Origin: an uncultured archaeon
GTDB taxonomy: Archaea; Micrarchaeota; Micrarchaeia; Micrarchaeales; CABMGC01
Length of the DNA stretch: 64,000 nucleotides
Assembly (NCBI GenBank): GCA_963787445.1
Contig: CAWBCT010000005.1
Span: 256,001 to 320,000, forward strand
Direction: 5' to 3'
Of the stretch, positions 51,924-61,883 are shown piece after piece; positions within the stretch are counted from its first letter, which is position 1, and each line of letters opens with the position of its first letter. The notes beneath the pieces are model-generated. The model worked only from the letters and a program-made list of their open reading frames with translations, did not search any database and had not been told where the DNA came from. Both the position numbers and the translations under genes were made by a program.

Positions 51924-52625
51924 TTACGTTGGCGTGTACGCAAAGGTTACCTGGACGGTTTCGGTAAGGGACTGCTTGCCTGAGAAGAACAGCGGGCTTG
52001 CCGATACCGCCGCAGAGGCGTAGTTGTTTATCCCTACCGGGTAGAAGATGCCGGAACTTACGGTTACGCCGGTTACCTTGAGCGTTGCGTTGTTCGTGAG
52101 CGCCTTGGCCTGGGCGGTCGCATTCTGCATCGCCAGCTGCAGCGCGGTGTTTGTCGCAGCGATTCTCTGAGCGGTGGAAAGCTGCGCGCTTGCGCCCGAC
52201 ACAAAGACGTTGTTGTACACGGCCAGCGCCTGCAGCAGCGGCGTGATCGAGCTTGCGCTGTTCAGGTTAACGGAGACGTACTCGCTTGCGCGGTAGAGGC
52301 TGCTGTTGTAGGCCTTCCAGAGCGAGTAGGACTGGGTGTTTATGCTGCTCGCGTTGGTGTACTGGATGAGGGTGTTGTTGACCTGCGCCAGTGTGGTTCC
52401 CAGGTTGCTGGTCGCCAGCGCTGCGGTGATGCCTGTCGCATTTATGTAGAGGGTTACGGTGCCGGCCTGCGGGGCGAGGCTTGAGCTTCCGGAGGCGCTT
52501 ACCATAAGCGTGGCCTGGTTGCTTGGGAGTATGCCGCTCGGGTATAATATTGGAAGTATGAGGACCGAGCCCATTATCAGGATGGCGAGCACTGCAATTA
52601 GATAAACTATGTGATCAGAGCGCAT
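51924..52625 (-). CDS. SIMPL/DUF541 domain protein
   Basis: N-terminal TM, VSASG..P, AL..A...A..QA..L, V.VTF end. Confidence 0.8.
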   Translation of the reverse strand: MRSDHIVYLIAVLAILIMGSVLILPILYPSGILPSNQATLMVSASGSSSLAPQAGTVTLYINATGITAALATSNLGTTLAQVNNTLIQYTNASSINTQSYSLWKAYNSSLYRASEYVSVNLNSASSITPLLQALAVYNNVFVSGASAQLSTAQRIAATNTALQLAMQNATAQAKALTNNATLKVTGVTVSSGIFYPVGINNYASAAVSASPLFFSGKQSLTETVQVTFAYTPT

Positions 52626-52731
52626 TGGATTACCGCGTATATAGTAAATGGAAAAACTTATAAGCGATGCGCAAATAACGAGAAGCCAAACCTTTATTTA
52701 TTTGCTTCTTTAATAACTACTTCAAACTCAT

Positions 52732-52804
52732 GCGAGCGTAGTCTAGTCTGGTAGGACTTTGCCTTGCCAAGGCAAGAACCCGGGTTCAAATCCCGGCACT
52801 CGCA
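52732..52804 (+). tRNA. tRNA-Gly(GCC)
   Basis: TTGCC-TT-GCC-AA-GGCAA; CCGGG-TTCAAAT-CCCGG; one C6.A67 mismatch. Confidence 0.95.
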
Positions 52805-52873
52805 CCTCTTCTTCAACAGGTTCGACAGGACAAGACTTTTAAATCAGTGTGTCCTTAGAGATAATGTGAGCAT

Positions 52874-53512
52874 ATGCTGTTCTGGGATGAGACAAGGAAG
52901 GCAATAGACATTATAACGCTCAAGAACAAGAGCCCCAAGGCGCTGAGCATCGGCGATGCCCTAAAGTTCTATTATAAGGCAACGCTGATACCCCTGGTGC
53001 TGGCCATAATCCTGGGCGCGATAGTTGCGGCCGTTGGCTCCCAATTCATCTCGCCGTTCTTCTCATTCGGCATCGCTGGCGCGGCCGCGTTAGGAATCTT
53101 GTCGCCCATACTCCTGATCTGGGTGTTCCAGCCCCTGGGCGCCCTGGTATTGGCGGGGGTGTACCATCTCTTCGGAAAGCTCTTCGGCCAGTTCAAGCAG
53201 GATTACACCAAGACGTTCAATGCACTTCTTTATGTTGAGTTCGTCACAGCGCTGGTGGCCTGGATAACGGTCATACCCATACTGGGATGGATAGTCCTGA
53301 TAGTTGCGTCGGTCTGGTCGTTCGTGAGCATAATCGTGTGGATCTCCAGATTCCAGAAGATAAGCCTCCTGGCTTCCTTCCTGGTGATAATAGGGACTGT
53401 GATAGTAATAGTGATAATAGTGTTCGCCGTGGTGTTTGCGATTGCAGCGGCGGTTCCGGGCTGGTTCCTGAGCCACTTCCCCAACGCTACCATGAACAGC
53501 ACCTATGGATGA
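52874..53512 (+). CDS. Yip1-domain membrane protein
   Basis: Five TM helices, HLFGKLFG..DY..TF, IPILG. Confidence 0.8.
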   Translation: MLFWDETRKAIDIITLKNKSPKALSIGDALKFYYKATLIPLVLAIILGAIVAAVGSQFISPFFSFGIAGAAALGILSPILLIWVFQPLGALVLAGVYHLFGKLFGQFKQDYTKTFNALLYVEFVTALVAWITVIPILGWIVLIVASVWSFVSIIVWISRFQKISLLASFLVIIGTVIVIVIIVFAVVFAIAAAVPGWFLSHFPNATMNSTYG

Positions 53513-53774
53513 CAAGGTTAAGGGCGGCAAAAATCGCCTTTACATCCCCACTCCCAACGGTGATGCAGAGCTGCTTTACGAGCTTGGCGGCGGGGTGATG
53601 CGCATCTACCACACATTTGTGCCGGAGCTGGAGCGCGGCAAGGGGCTTGCCGAAAGGCTTGCGCTGGCAGGATTTGAGCTTGCAGAGGAGAAGGGGATGA
53701 AGGTGAAGCCGGACTGTGACTACCTAAAGCGCTTCGTGGAGAAGCACAGCGAGCTCTCGGGAGCTTGCGTCTGA
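53505..53774 (+). CDS. Small GNAT acetyltransferase (YjdJ-like)
   Basis: HTFVP..RGKGLA..L, VKPDCDY. Confidence 0.88.
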   Translation: MDDKVKGGKNRLYIPTPNGDAELLYELGGGVMRIYHTFVPELERGKGLAERLALAGFELAEEKGMKVKPDCDYLKRFVEKHSELSGACV

Positions 53775-53863
53775 TTATAGATTTATATAGTAGTACATTT
53801 CTAGTATTTCAGATACCGGCAGATGCAGGATAACTGCCCTTGCGGTACTCGTCAGTTGATCAG

Positions 53864-55126
53864 ATGGGCAAATCCAATAAACCGCTTGCGCTCGCCTCGG
53901 CTGTGCTAATCGTCGTGCTGGCAGTCATGATCTATGAAGGCGGCGGGCTGCAGACAATGGTGAGCCACGGATACACCGTAACCACCGTCAACCAGACCCA
54001 GATAGGAGGAACATCGGCTACGCAGTCCGGTGGCAAAGTTTCGGTTTCAACATACCCAGTGATAGCTGGGACCGTGTCCGGAAGCGGAACCTACGCCGCA
54101 GGAACACACCTAATCATCTCGCAGACTCCTAACCACGGGTACGTGTTCAGCAACTGGAGCTGCACCGGCCAGGGTTGCTACAGCGGGACAAACTCTTCAC
54201 AGCCGTTGACGGTAAAAGACAACATCGTTGAGGTGGCAAATTACAAGGTCACGATAACCACCGGCACCTACCAGGGTGGAGGCGTCGTCTACGGCGGCGG
54301 CAACTACAGCTACAACTCATCGGATGTGATAATTCAGGCGGTGCCGAACCCGGGCTACAGCTTTTCCAAGTGGGTATGCGTGGGCATAGACTGCTACGCC
54401 GGAACTAATTCGACCGTCTCGCTGGGAACCCAGTTCCCGGTTAGCCAGATAGCGCAGTTCGTGCAGCTGCCTCCGCCCTACAACTACACCTCGGGAGGGG
54501 TGTACTCCATCCCCCAGGGCTTCAACTACGCAAGGCTCCACCTCAACGGGAACTACAGCGAGTACGTGTGTGGCGGGGCGAGCGGCGGGCCGAAGCTAAG
54601 TCCGGGAATAAAAAGCGTCTCCTGGATCCAACTCACATCGGTGCAGGGTTACACTTCTAGCGGAGTCAACTCAAACAGCACCTGCTTCATATACACCAAC
54701 CACAACGCAACAGACGCCGCGATTGTCGGGATAGGCGTTGATGCCAAGACCTACGGGCTGTACAACTACTCAACCGCGCCAAGGGCCTCGTTCTACCTCT
54801 CGGTCAACAACTCGCTGCTTGCGGTCATCGTAAGCGGACTCTACCACCTGACCCTCTCATCGAGCAACCAGAACGCATCTGCATTCAGCTGCGGCCCTGG
54901 CCTGCCGGATGCGTGCGGGAGGGGGCTCAGCTTCCCCGCGCCAACGATAGACTACCCGCAGCAGAGCAACTGCACGATAGCCCAGATCTCGAGCAACACG
55001 AACGGCAACAAACAGAGCAGCCTGGCCGAGATGTTCGTGTGCAACCCGGCGGTCAGCGGCGAGTATTCGGTGAACCAGTCGGTGCTCTATAACGGCTCGG
55101 TAACGAGTTACGTGTTCAATAAGTAG
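53864..55126 (+). CDS. Surface protein with two InlB B-repeat-like domains
   Basis: N-terminal TM; two G.G.Y...PN.GY.F..W.C.G..CY.GTN repeats. Confidence 0.75.
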   Translation: MGKSNKPLALASAVLIVVLAVMIYEGGGLQTMVSHGYTVTTVNQTQIGGTSATQSGGKVSVSTYPVIAGTVSGSGTYAAGTHLIISQTPNHGYVFSNWSCTGQGCYSGTNSSQPLTVKDNIVEVANYKVTITTGTYQGGGVVYGGGNYSYNSSDVIIQAVPNPGYSFSKWVCVGIDCYAGTNSTVSLGTQFPVSQIAQFVQLPPPYNYTSGGVYSIPQGFNYARLHLNGNYSEYVCGGASGGPKLSPGIKSVSWIQLTSVQGYTSSGVNSNSTCFIYTNHNATDAAIVGIGVDAKTYGLYNYSTAPRASFYLSVNNSLLAVIVSGLYHLTLSSSNQNASAFSCGPGLPDACGRGLSFPAPTIDYPQQSNCTIAQISSNTNGNKQSSLAEMFVCNPAVSGEYSVNQSVLYNGSVTSYVFNK

Positions 55127-55129
55127 AAG

Positions 55130-55203
55130 TGCGTCAACCGGGATTTGAACCCGGGTTATTGCCTTGGGAAGGCAAAGTCCTAACCAGGCTAGACTATTGA
55201 CGC
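55130..55203 (-). tRNA. tRNA-Gly(CCC)
   Basis: GCGTCAA/TTGACGC, TTGCC-TT-CCC-AA-GGCAA. Confidence 0.96.
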
Positions 55204-55223
55204 ATTAAAATTTTGTGGGACGC

Positions 55224-55736
55224 TTACGCTTTCTTCTCATCCTTCTTGTCGAGCAGGCGCTTGCCCAGCTCGGCCCTGCCTTTCAGGTCCCGGTCAACCT
55301 TCGCGAAGTCCTCCTTGCTGAGCACCTTTCCGAGTATGTACTCGGAGTAACTGACAGAGATGTTCGAGATGTCAAGAAGCAGGGACTGCATCTCGCTTAT
55401 CTTCAGCCGGAGGTCCTTTGTGGGCTTCAGTATCTCTATGCCCGCGGGTGCGAAGTTGAAGACCACGTTCACCATCGAGCCGAAATTCTTGAAGAGCAGG
55501 GTCAGCTGCGCGCTTGAGGAGTACACCTTCTCCTTCTGGAGGAGTATGGGCTCGTCTATGGCGCCGAAGCAGTACAGCACGCCAGGAGTCTTCAGCAGTC
55601 GGTTGTCGATCAGGTCGGTGAGCAGCGGCTGCAGCTCTTCGGATGACTCGCTCTGCATGTCGAAATACATCTGCGCTAGCAGCCCGCCATCGTTTATCGT
55701 CTTCTCGGTCAGTTCCTCCACTTCGCTCTTTCCCAT
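55224..55736 (-). CDS. Hypothetical protein
   Basis: 170 aa, coupled downstream of hisS; YSS...P.GIEIL.P motif. Confidence 0.7.
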   Translation of the reverse strand: MGKSEVEELTEKTINDGGLLAQMYFDMQSESSEELQPLLTDLIDNRLLKTPGVLYCFGAIDEPILLQKEKVYSSSAQLTLLFKNFGSMVNVVFNFAPAGIEILKPTKDLRLKISEMQSLLLDISNISVSYSEYILGKVLSKEDFAKVDRDLKGRAELGKRLLDKKDEKKA

Positions 55737-55740
55737 GGTA

Positions 55741-57015
55741 TCATTCTTTTAGTTGTTTTATGCACTCTTCAATGCTAAGAAGCTTCTCGTCCCCTGTCGA
55801 CATATCGCGGAGCTTCAGCTTCTGCGCCTCCCTTTCTATGTTGCCTATTATTATCGTGTAGGGTACGCCCAAGGAGTTTGCATACTCCATCTGCTTGCCG
55901 ATGTTCCTTGAAGTGAGATTGAGGTCAACGTACATGCCCGAGTTGCGCAGCGTGTTTGCAACCTGCGTCGCGTACTCCAGGTTCTCCTTCTTGATGTAGC
56001 CCACATAGACCTTTGCGTAGCTCTTCCTGCCCGCACCCCCCTTGATCACCTCGAAGATGCGCCCTACGCCAAGGGAAGAGCCGACCGCGGGTATGTCCTT
56101 CTTCAGGTAAATCCCGATCAGCTTGTCGTAGCGGCCGCCGGACCCGATGGACGGGAGGCGCTTTCCGTTTTCATAGGCAACAAACTCCCATACCGCGCCC
56201 GTGTAGTACTCAAGTCCGCGGGCGAGTGAGAGGTCAATCGTTATCGTGCCCCTAATTCCATAGGTGCCCAGTAGGGCAAGCAGCTGCTTGAGGGACTCGG
56301 TCTCCTGCTTTGCCCCCGGCAACGAGACCAGGAGAGAGTCAAGCAGTTCGCCGTTCTCTGCCTTGTTGGTTATGAAGCCGAGCAGCCCGTCGCAATCCTT
56401 CTGCGAGACTCCGAGCTTCCTCATCTGCGCTCCGACCTCTGCGGCGCCAATCTTTGCCATCTTGTCTATGGTGCGTATGGCCACGTCATGGGAGGCCTCG
56501 GGCACATTGAACAGGTTGAGTATGGCATTGAGCAGCGGTCTGCTGTTTATCAGTATTGAATAGTTTTCTACCTTGAGCGCGTCAAGCGCAAGCGCGGTGG
56601 CAGCTATCACCTCGGCCTCGCTGGAGATCTCCGTGCTCCCGACAACATCAACGTCGGCCTGCAGGATCTCCCTGGAGCGCATCTTCTGCGGCTCGTCCAT
56701 GCGCCAGACCTTTCCAATCTGATAGCGCTTGAACGGAAGAGGAAGGTCCTTGTTCATGGCTATGTAGCGGGCAAGCGGCACGGTAAGGTCGTACCTGAGG
56801 GCATCAACGCCCCCATCTATGACATAGAGTTCCTTCTTCGACTCCTCCCCGTACGCCTTTACGTCAAGGGTCTCGAGCAGTTCTAGAGAAGGAGAGTCTA
56901 TAGGATAGAATCCAAAGCGCTTGAATATCTCCTCGATTACAGCCTTTATCTCGCTGAGCGCGATGGCATCGCTTGGCCCGTATTCGGATACGCCTCGGGG
57001 AAGAGATAGTGCCAT
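55741..57015 (-). CDS. hisS: Histidine--tRNA ligase
   Basis: LRYDLTVP, RYQIGKVWR, LARGLEYYTG, GGRYD. Confidence 0.97.
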   Translation of the reverse strand: MALSLPRGVSEYGPSDAIALSEIKAVIEEIFKRFGFYPIDSPSLELLETLDVKAYGEESKKELYVIDGGVDALRYDLTVPLARYIAMNKDLPLPFKRYQIGKVWRMDEPQKMRSREILQADVDVVGSTEISSEAEVIAATALALDALKVENYSILINSRPLLNAILNLFNVPEASHDVAIRTIDKMAKIGAAEVGAQMRKLGVSQKDCDGLLGFITNKAENGELLDSLLVSLPGAKQETESLKQLLALLGTYGIRGTITIDLSLARGLEYYTGAVWEFVAYENGKRLPSIGSGGRYDKLIGIYLKKDIPAVGSSLGVGRIFEVIKGGAGRKSYAKVYVGYIKKENLEYATQVANTLRNSGMYVDLNLTSRNIGKQMEYANSLGVPYTIIIGNIEREAQKLKLRDMSTGDEKLLSIEECIKQLKE

Positions 57016-57032
57016 CAAATCAGCATATTTTA

Positions 57033-57347
57033 TCAGAGATTCTTCTCAAGCCACTTTCTGAAGGTTTCCTTCGGCAATGCGCCGACGGAGGTGGACTTGA
57101 CAATACCCTTGTCAAAGAGAAGCACCGTGGGTATACTCATTATGTTGTACTTTGTGGCTATGTTTGGGGCCTCATCGGTGTTTATCTTTGCGAACTTGGC
57201 CTTTGAACCCAGGTCTTTTGCCACCTCTTCTATGGTTGGAGAGAACATTCTGCAGGGGCCGCACCAGGGCGCCCAGAAGTCAATCACTACAGGAACGGTT
57301 GATTTAAGCACTTCGCTATCAAAATTACTTTCGGTCAGCTCTATCAT
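57033..57347 (-). CDS. trxA: Thioredoxin
   Basis: DFWAPWCGPC, IPT. Confidence 0.97.
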   Translation of the reverse strand: MIELTESNFDSEVLKSTVPVVIDFWAPWCGPCRMFSPTIEEVAKDLGSKAKFAKINTDEAPNIATKYNIMSIPTVLLFDKGIVKSTSVGALPKETFRKWLEKNL

Positions 57348-57431
57348 TAAAACACCATTGCTTTTTGGTATTTTGATTATTTATACCTTCTGATAAGTTC
57401 GAAGCAATAGTTTGTGATGTACTTTCTCCTT

Positions 57432-58172
57432 CTAAACGGCGACGCTCAATCTCTCACTTTTTCTTAGGAGTCGTGCATCTATAGCATCTTCGCTTGAATA
57501 CAAAGCACGACGGACACGCCATATAGATATGTGGAGTAATTTGGCTATCTGCTTGCGCTGCAATTTTGATCCAAGTGCTTTTATTTTTGCTTCGCGAGCT
57601 TTTCTTGCAGCCCGAACCTTTTGGAAGTAGGAGGCCGTTTTAGCCGTCACCTTTGCTCCCCTTAGGATTAGGCTAATTTGTTTGACAGATAGACCATAAC
57701 GTTTAGCCAGCTGCTTTTGTTCATAATCTGGTGCGTCTGCTAATATTCGCTCATTGCGCGCCTCTAGTTCCTCCTTCGTAGGCACTCGTCTATGTCCGTT
57801 CGCTATGGAAACCCTGCTTATCGTCTGTTGTGTTACGCCGACAGCTGCAGCTATTGTCGCTTGACCTAGTTGGTCTTTTCCGTTCCGTTTAGCAAGTTTC
57901 AATACTTCTGGCAGAGAGCCATTCACTCTAGGAAAGCCCATTCCAGAATCAATTAGTATGTTAGATATACTGCCTGTTGAGATGGCGCCGTTGAGCTCCT
58001 GATGTATCTGCTTCTCTTGATAATTCGCCTTCCTCAAACTTAGTACTATCGGAGCAAATTCAAGTGTTCTCGGAGAATAACCTTTGGCGCTTAATCTCGA
58101 TACAAGCGTGTCTACATTTGTCTTTAGGTTTGGAAGTGTTGGATGAGTAAGTCTAACCTTTGTATTTGACAT
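57432..58172 (-). CDS. Multi-HTH basic DNA-binding protein
   Basis: QATIAAAVGVTQQTISRV, QKQLAKRYGLSVKQISLIL, KQIAKLLHISIWRVRR. Confidence 0.7.
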   Translation of the reverse strand: MSNTKVRLTHPTLPNLKTNVDTLVSRLSAKGYSPRTLEFAPIVLSLRKANYQEKQIHQELNGAISTGSISNILIDSGMGFPRVNGSLPEVLKLAKRNGKDQLGQATIAAAVGVTQQTISRVSIANGHRRVPTKEELEARNERILADAPDYEQKQLAKRYGLSVKQISLILRGAKVTAKTASYFQKVRAARKAREAKIKALGSKLQRKQIAKLLHISIWRVRRALYSSEDAIDARLLRKSERLSVAV

Positions 58173-58212
58173 AAGATAAATTGTCGTCTGGTTAGGTATA
58201 AATGCCTGCCGA

Positions 58213-58241
58213 ATTAGTGGACAATTAGCGTGTCCACTAAT
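58213..58241. promoter_or_regulatory. 11-bp perfect inverted repeat (operator or terminator hairpin)
   Basis: ATTAGTGGACA-7nt-TGTCCACTAAT between the parvulin stop and the TATA of the multi-HTH gene. Confidence 0.5.
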
Positions 58242-58263
58242 CCCTCTTTTACGAGATTAATTG

Positions 58264-58539
58264 CTAGGCTAGTCGCTTTATTATATGATACCCGAACTGG
58301 GTCTTTACCAGGCCAGAGATCTCGCCGGGTTTTAGCTTAAATGAGGCCTCCTCAAAGGGCTTTACCATCATTCCGCGGCCGAAGGTTCCTAGATCACCTC
58401 CTCGTCTCCTTGATCCGTCTATGGAATACTGCTCGGCGAGCTTTGAGAAGCTCTCGCCAGCCTGCAGTTTTGCTAGGATTTCCTTCGCTAGAGACTCTTT
58501 CTCGACTAGGATGTGTGCGCAGCGAACTTGTTCTGACAA
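58264..58539 (-). CDS. ppiC: Parvulin peptidyl-prolyl isomerase
   Basis: [27 protein letters not shown]. Confidence 0.93.
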   Translation of the reverse strand: MSEQVRCAHILVEKESLAKEILAKLQAGESFSKLAEQYSIDGSRRRGGDLGTFGRGMMVKPFEEASFKLKPGEISGLVKTQFGYHIIKRLA

Positions 58540-58547
58540 GAGATTAC

Positions 58548-58904
58548 CTACTTGTAAATAGACTTGTAGACGTTGTTAGAGTCGTCGGTTATTACGATGC
58601 ACTCGCCTTCGCACTCTATCAGGCAGGCCTGGCAGAGTATGCACGAAGGGCCGTTGACCGCGACAGAGATGCCTCCGCTGCCGCCCTCGAACTTCTCTGC
58701 GAAGTGGTGGTGCCCGTCCTGCACGTTGGCCCACTTGGCTGTCACCTCAGGTATGTGGGAGCCCTTCCACTTGGCCTCCTCTGGAGCGACGTCCGCGTTG
58801 ACATCAGGGCTTGCCCTGTCCTTCATCTCGAATACCGCCACCGGGCAGACGTCAAAGCAGTGCGCGCATCCGGTGCACTTCGGCTTGTCAACATACACTT
58901 GCAT
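58548..58904 (-). CDS. 4Fe-4S dicluster ferredoxin with long insertion
   Basis: CTGCAHC...CP and CILCQAC...C. Confidence 0.88.
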   Translation of the reverse strand: MQVYVDKPKCTGCAHCFDVCPVAVFEMKDRASPDVNADVAPEEAKWKGSHIPEVTAKWANVQDGHHHFAEKFEGGSGGISVAVNGPSCILCQACLIECEGECIVITDDSNNVYKSIYK

Positions 58905-59053
58905 AATAACACCGTATAGTCGTAGAAAGATATCCACATAGCTATTTATAATATGCACTAGCGGAGTTCGGCATTACTGAAAGTTTTGGGGTTAAAATTG
59001 CCCCAGGGTCGTCCACAGTTAATATAATATATCTGGCAAAATAAAGGGAAATC

Positions 59054-59791
59054 ATGGAGGTCGTTACGAGAAGTGCTGCAACCCCTAAAAAGGTGTTTGG
59101 CGGGGTAGCCAGGCCGGGGATAGTGCCCAGAGATCCTGAAACAACCGTGGAGATAAGAGAGCATGACGTTCAGGAGCTAAGCGATAGGTTTCTAAGCTGG
59201 CGAAGAAGGGCAGGCATGAATGGCGTAGAAAAAAGCGCGCAACAAAAGCCAGCGCAAAGACCCGCACCCACATTCGAGAAACCGAGCCACTCTGAACTTT
59301 CGCCCAGGTTATTCTTTAGCGAGTTAAGGCCTTTGCCGGCGCCTGTCAGGCCCGCAACGCCGGAACCTTTACCCGTAAATACAATTCAGCCGGAGCCATG
59401 GAGAAAGAGAAAGATTATGCCTTCGGATAGACAGTATATCAAGGCACACAAAAATCCAGTTAGGCTTTCGCTCACCCAAGCGGGCAGGCTGCTGAACGTA
59501 AGCGAGACCACAGTATTTTTAAACTGGAAACGGCTTGGGCTTGCGCCGCACGGGCTGCTGCACCGGAAGGACGGCAAGAGCTGGCCTTCTGAACAGGAGT
59601 TCAGGCAGGCGAAGGAGGACGGACTCACCCAGAAAGAGGCGGCCATAAGGCTCGGCGTCAGCGCCGCGAAGGTGGGGGTTGTTTGGAGAGGCCCTAGGCT
59701 GAGTCCCAACTCCAGGAAAATCATGGCGGAAGAAAATAGGTGGTTGGCGCAGAAAAGTCTGGAGGGAGAAAGCTACCGAGCCCATGGCTAA
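59054..59791 (+). CDS. HTH-repeat hypothetical DNA-binding protein
   Basis: LTQAGRLLNVSETTV and LTQKEAAIRLGVS; Pro-rich linker. Confidence 0.65.
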   Translation: MEVVTRSAATPKKVFGGVARPGIVPRDPETTVEIREHDVQELSDRFLSWRRRAGMNGVEKSAQQKPAQRPAPTFEKPSHSELSPRLFFSELRPLPAPVRPATPEPLPVNTIQPEPWRKRKIMPSDRQYIKAHKNPVRLSLTQAGRLLNVSETTVFLNWKRLGLAPHGLLHRKDGKSWPSEQEFRQAKEDGLTQKEAAIRLGVSAAKVGVVWRGPRLSPNSRKIMAEENRWLAQKSLEGESYRAHG

Positions 59792-59883
59792 AAGACCGGA
59801 CGGGTTACCTGGTTTGGGCGGGCTTCAGTATGATTTATATAGCTTGGTTTTCAATTATAACTGGCTAATATTAAGGTATTGTG

Positions 59884-61839
59884 ATGGATGAAATAAATTC
59901 TAAGATTGGGGAAATCACGACTAATGGGATGACACAGAACGTAGTCATCGGGACGAAGGCGCCCACGAGAGAAGACATGCTGCTTGCTCCCTATCGCAGG
60001 ACCATAGAGGAGGTCTCTAAGATGCCTGTGCTGGAGCGCACAAAAACAGTTTGTCCGGAGTGCAAGCTCATAGTCGACGGTACTATTTACAAGGACGGCG
60101 ACAACGTGATGATCAGGAAGCAGTGCCCTGACCACGGATGGTCGATGGAGAAGTACTGGGAAGATTACGAGATGTACATGCGCATGAAGAACTACAACTA
60201 CTTCGGCCGCGGATTCGACAACCCGAATTATATTAACAAGGGAGAGAACTGCCCGTTCGACTGCGGAATATGCGAACGACACAAGTCGCACACAGGACTT
60301 GCAAACGTAGTCATAACAAACCGATGCCACTTAAGCTGCTGGTACTGCTTCTTCTACGCGAAGGAAGGCGAACCGATCTACGAGCCCACCCGTGCGGAGC
60401 TCAACAAGATCTTCGTTGAGTTGAAGAGCCAGAAACCTATCCCTGCAAACGCTCTCCAGATAACAGGAGGGGAGCCGCTTATGCGCAGCGACATAATTGA
60501 GATAGTCGGCATGGCTAAGAAGGCCGGTTTCGACCAGATACAGATGAACACAACCGGCATTATAATGGCCCAGAACCCAGAGCTTGCAGTCAAGCTAAGG
60601 CACGCTGGAGTCAGCACGCTTTACATGAGCTTCGACGGAGTGAGCAAGAGGGCAAATCCGAAGAACCACTGGGAAGCCCCTGCCACGTTCGATGCGGCAC
60701 GCAAGGCCGGAATCGGAGTCGTTCTAGTGCCCACAGTGATCAGGACGATAAACGACCACGAGCTTGCAGACATCATCAACTTTGCACTGAACAACAACGA
60801 CGTCGTAAAGGCGGTCAACTTCCAGCCTGTCTCGCTGGTGGGCAGAATGCCCACAAGGCAGAGAGAAAGGCAGAGAATCACGATACCTGGCGCAATTAAG
60901 CAGATAGAGGAACAGACGGGCGGCGTGATAACCAAGGACGACTGGTTCTCAGTGCCCTACGTCGGCGGAATCAACAAGTTCATCGAGGCTTTGACGGGAG
61001 AGTACAAGTACGACCTCTCGATACACTTCGCCTGCGGCGCAGGAAGCTACATCTTCCAGGACAAGAACAACAAGATAGTCCCGTTGACGAGATTCGTCGA
61101 TGCGGCTGGCCTGTTGGAGCACCTGCAGGAGGCGGTCAACGAGATGGGCGGAAAGTCCAAGTTCCAGCGCAGGCTGATCGCGCTGCGTGCGGTCACAGGA
61201 TTGCGCAAGTTCATAGACAAGGAGAAGCAGCCTGAGGGAGTGAACTTCAGCAAGCTGCTCATGTCCGTCATCTTCAAGCACGACTTCCAGACCATGGGAG
61301 CGTTCCAGCTGAAGAGCATGTTCCTTGGCATGATGCACTTCCAGGACGAGTACACCTACGACATCAAGCGCGTAGAAAAGTGCGACATTCACTATGCGAT
61401 GCCTGATGGACGAGTACTTCCGTTCTGCACGTTCAACGTCTTTCCGGAGGTCTACAGGGACAAAATCCAGAAGCAGTACAGCATCCCTTCAAACGAGTGG
61501 GAGAGCATGCACAACGACTGGACCTACCGAAGCGACAAGTACATGCGCAACGTGAAGGAACTGGAAGCCAGCGAACCTTACCAGCGCACCTACGTAAAGT
61601 CAACAGACTACTTCAAGCTGCCGGTGAATGTGGCAGAAGCGGCCTCGATCCGCGCGGCAAAGGCTGCGAGAACCGGAGTCGTTTCAGCGCCTACCGTACA
61701 GAACCTAGTTGCGGCTGCTGCAGCGCCCAAGCACTCCCATGGGGAGTCGGGCGAGGGCTGCGCATGCGGCAAGGGCGCGGGCTCTGAAGCAGGATGCGGC
61801 GGCAGCGGAGGCTGTGGCTGCGGAACAGGCGGAGTATAA
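59884..61839 (+). CDS. tes: Tetraether lipid synthase / GDGT-MAS (MJ0619-family radical SAM)
   Basis: N-terminal CPEC..CPDHG, CPFDCGIC..H, CHLSCWYC, VNFQPVS, H..CG, MHFQD..CDIHYA.PDG...PFC.FN. Confidence 0.85.
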   Translation: MDEINSKIGEITTNGMTQNVVIGTKAPTREDMLLAPYRRTIEEVSKMPVLERTKTVCPECKLIVDGTIYKDGDNVMIRKQCPDHGWSMEKYWEDYEMYMRMKNYNYFGRGFDNPNYINKGENCPFDCGICERHKSHTGLANVVITNRCHLSCWYCFFYAKEGEPIYEPTRAELNKIFVELKSQKPIPANALQITGGEPLMRSDIIEIVGMAKKAGFDQIQMNTTGIIMAQNPELAVKLRHAGVSTLYMSFDGVSKRANPKNHWEAPATFDAARKAGIGVVLVPTVIRTINDHELADIINFALNNNDVVKAVNFQPVSLVGRMPTRQRERQRITIPGAIKQIEEQTGGVITKDDWFSVPYVGGINKFIEALTGEYKYDLSIHFACGAGSYIFQDKNNKIVPLTRFVDAAGLLEHLQEAVNEMGGKSKFQRRLIALRAVTGLRKFIDKEKQPEGVNFSKLLMSVIFKHDFQTMGAFQLKSMFLGMMHFQDEYTYDIKRVEKCDIHYAMPDGRVLPFCTFNVFPEVYRDKIQKQYSIPSNEWESMHNDWTYRSDKYMRNVKELEASEPYQRTYVKSTDYFKLPVNVAEAASIRAAKAARTGVVSAPTVQNLVAAAAAPKHSHGESGEGCACGKGAGSEAGCGGSGGCGCGTGGV

Positions 61840-61883
61840 GTATTAAATACTCCGTGCTACCAAGCACTAATTAGGTAAAGCGC

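Noticed and set aside
52732-52804. C6.A67 mismatch in tRNA-Gly as an editing site
   Set aside because: A single mismatch is tolerated or may be a base-call error; there is no supporting evidence.
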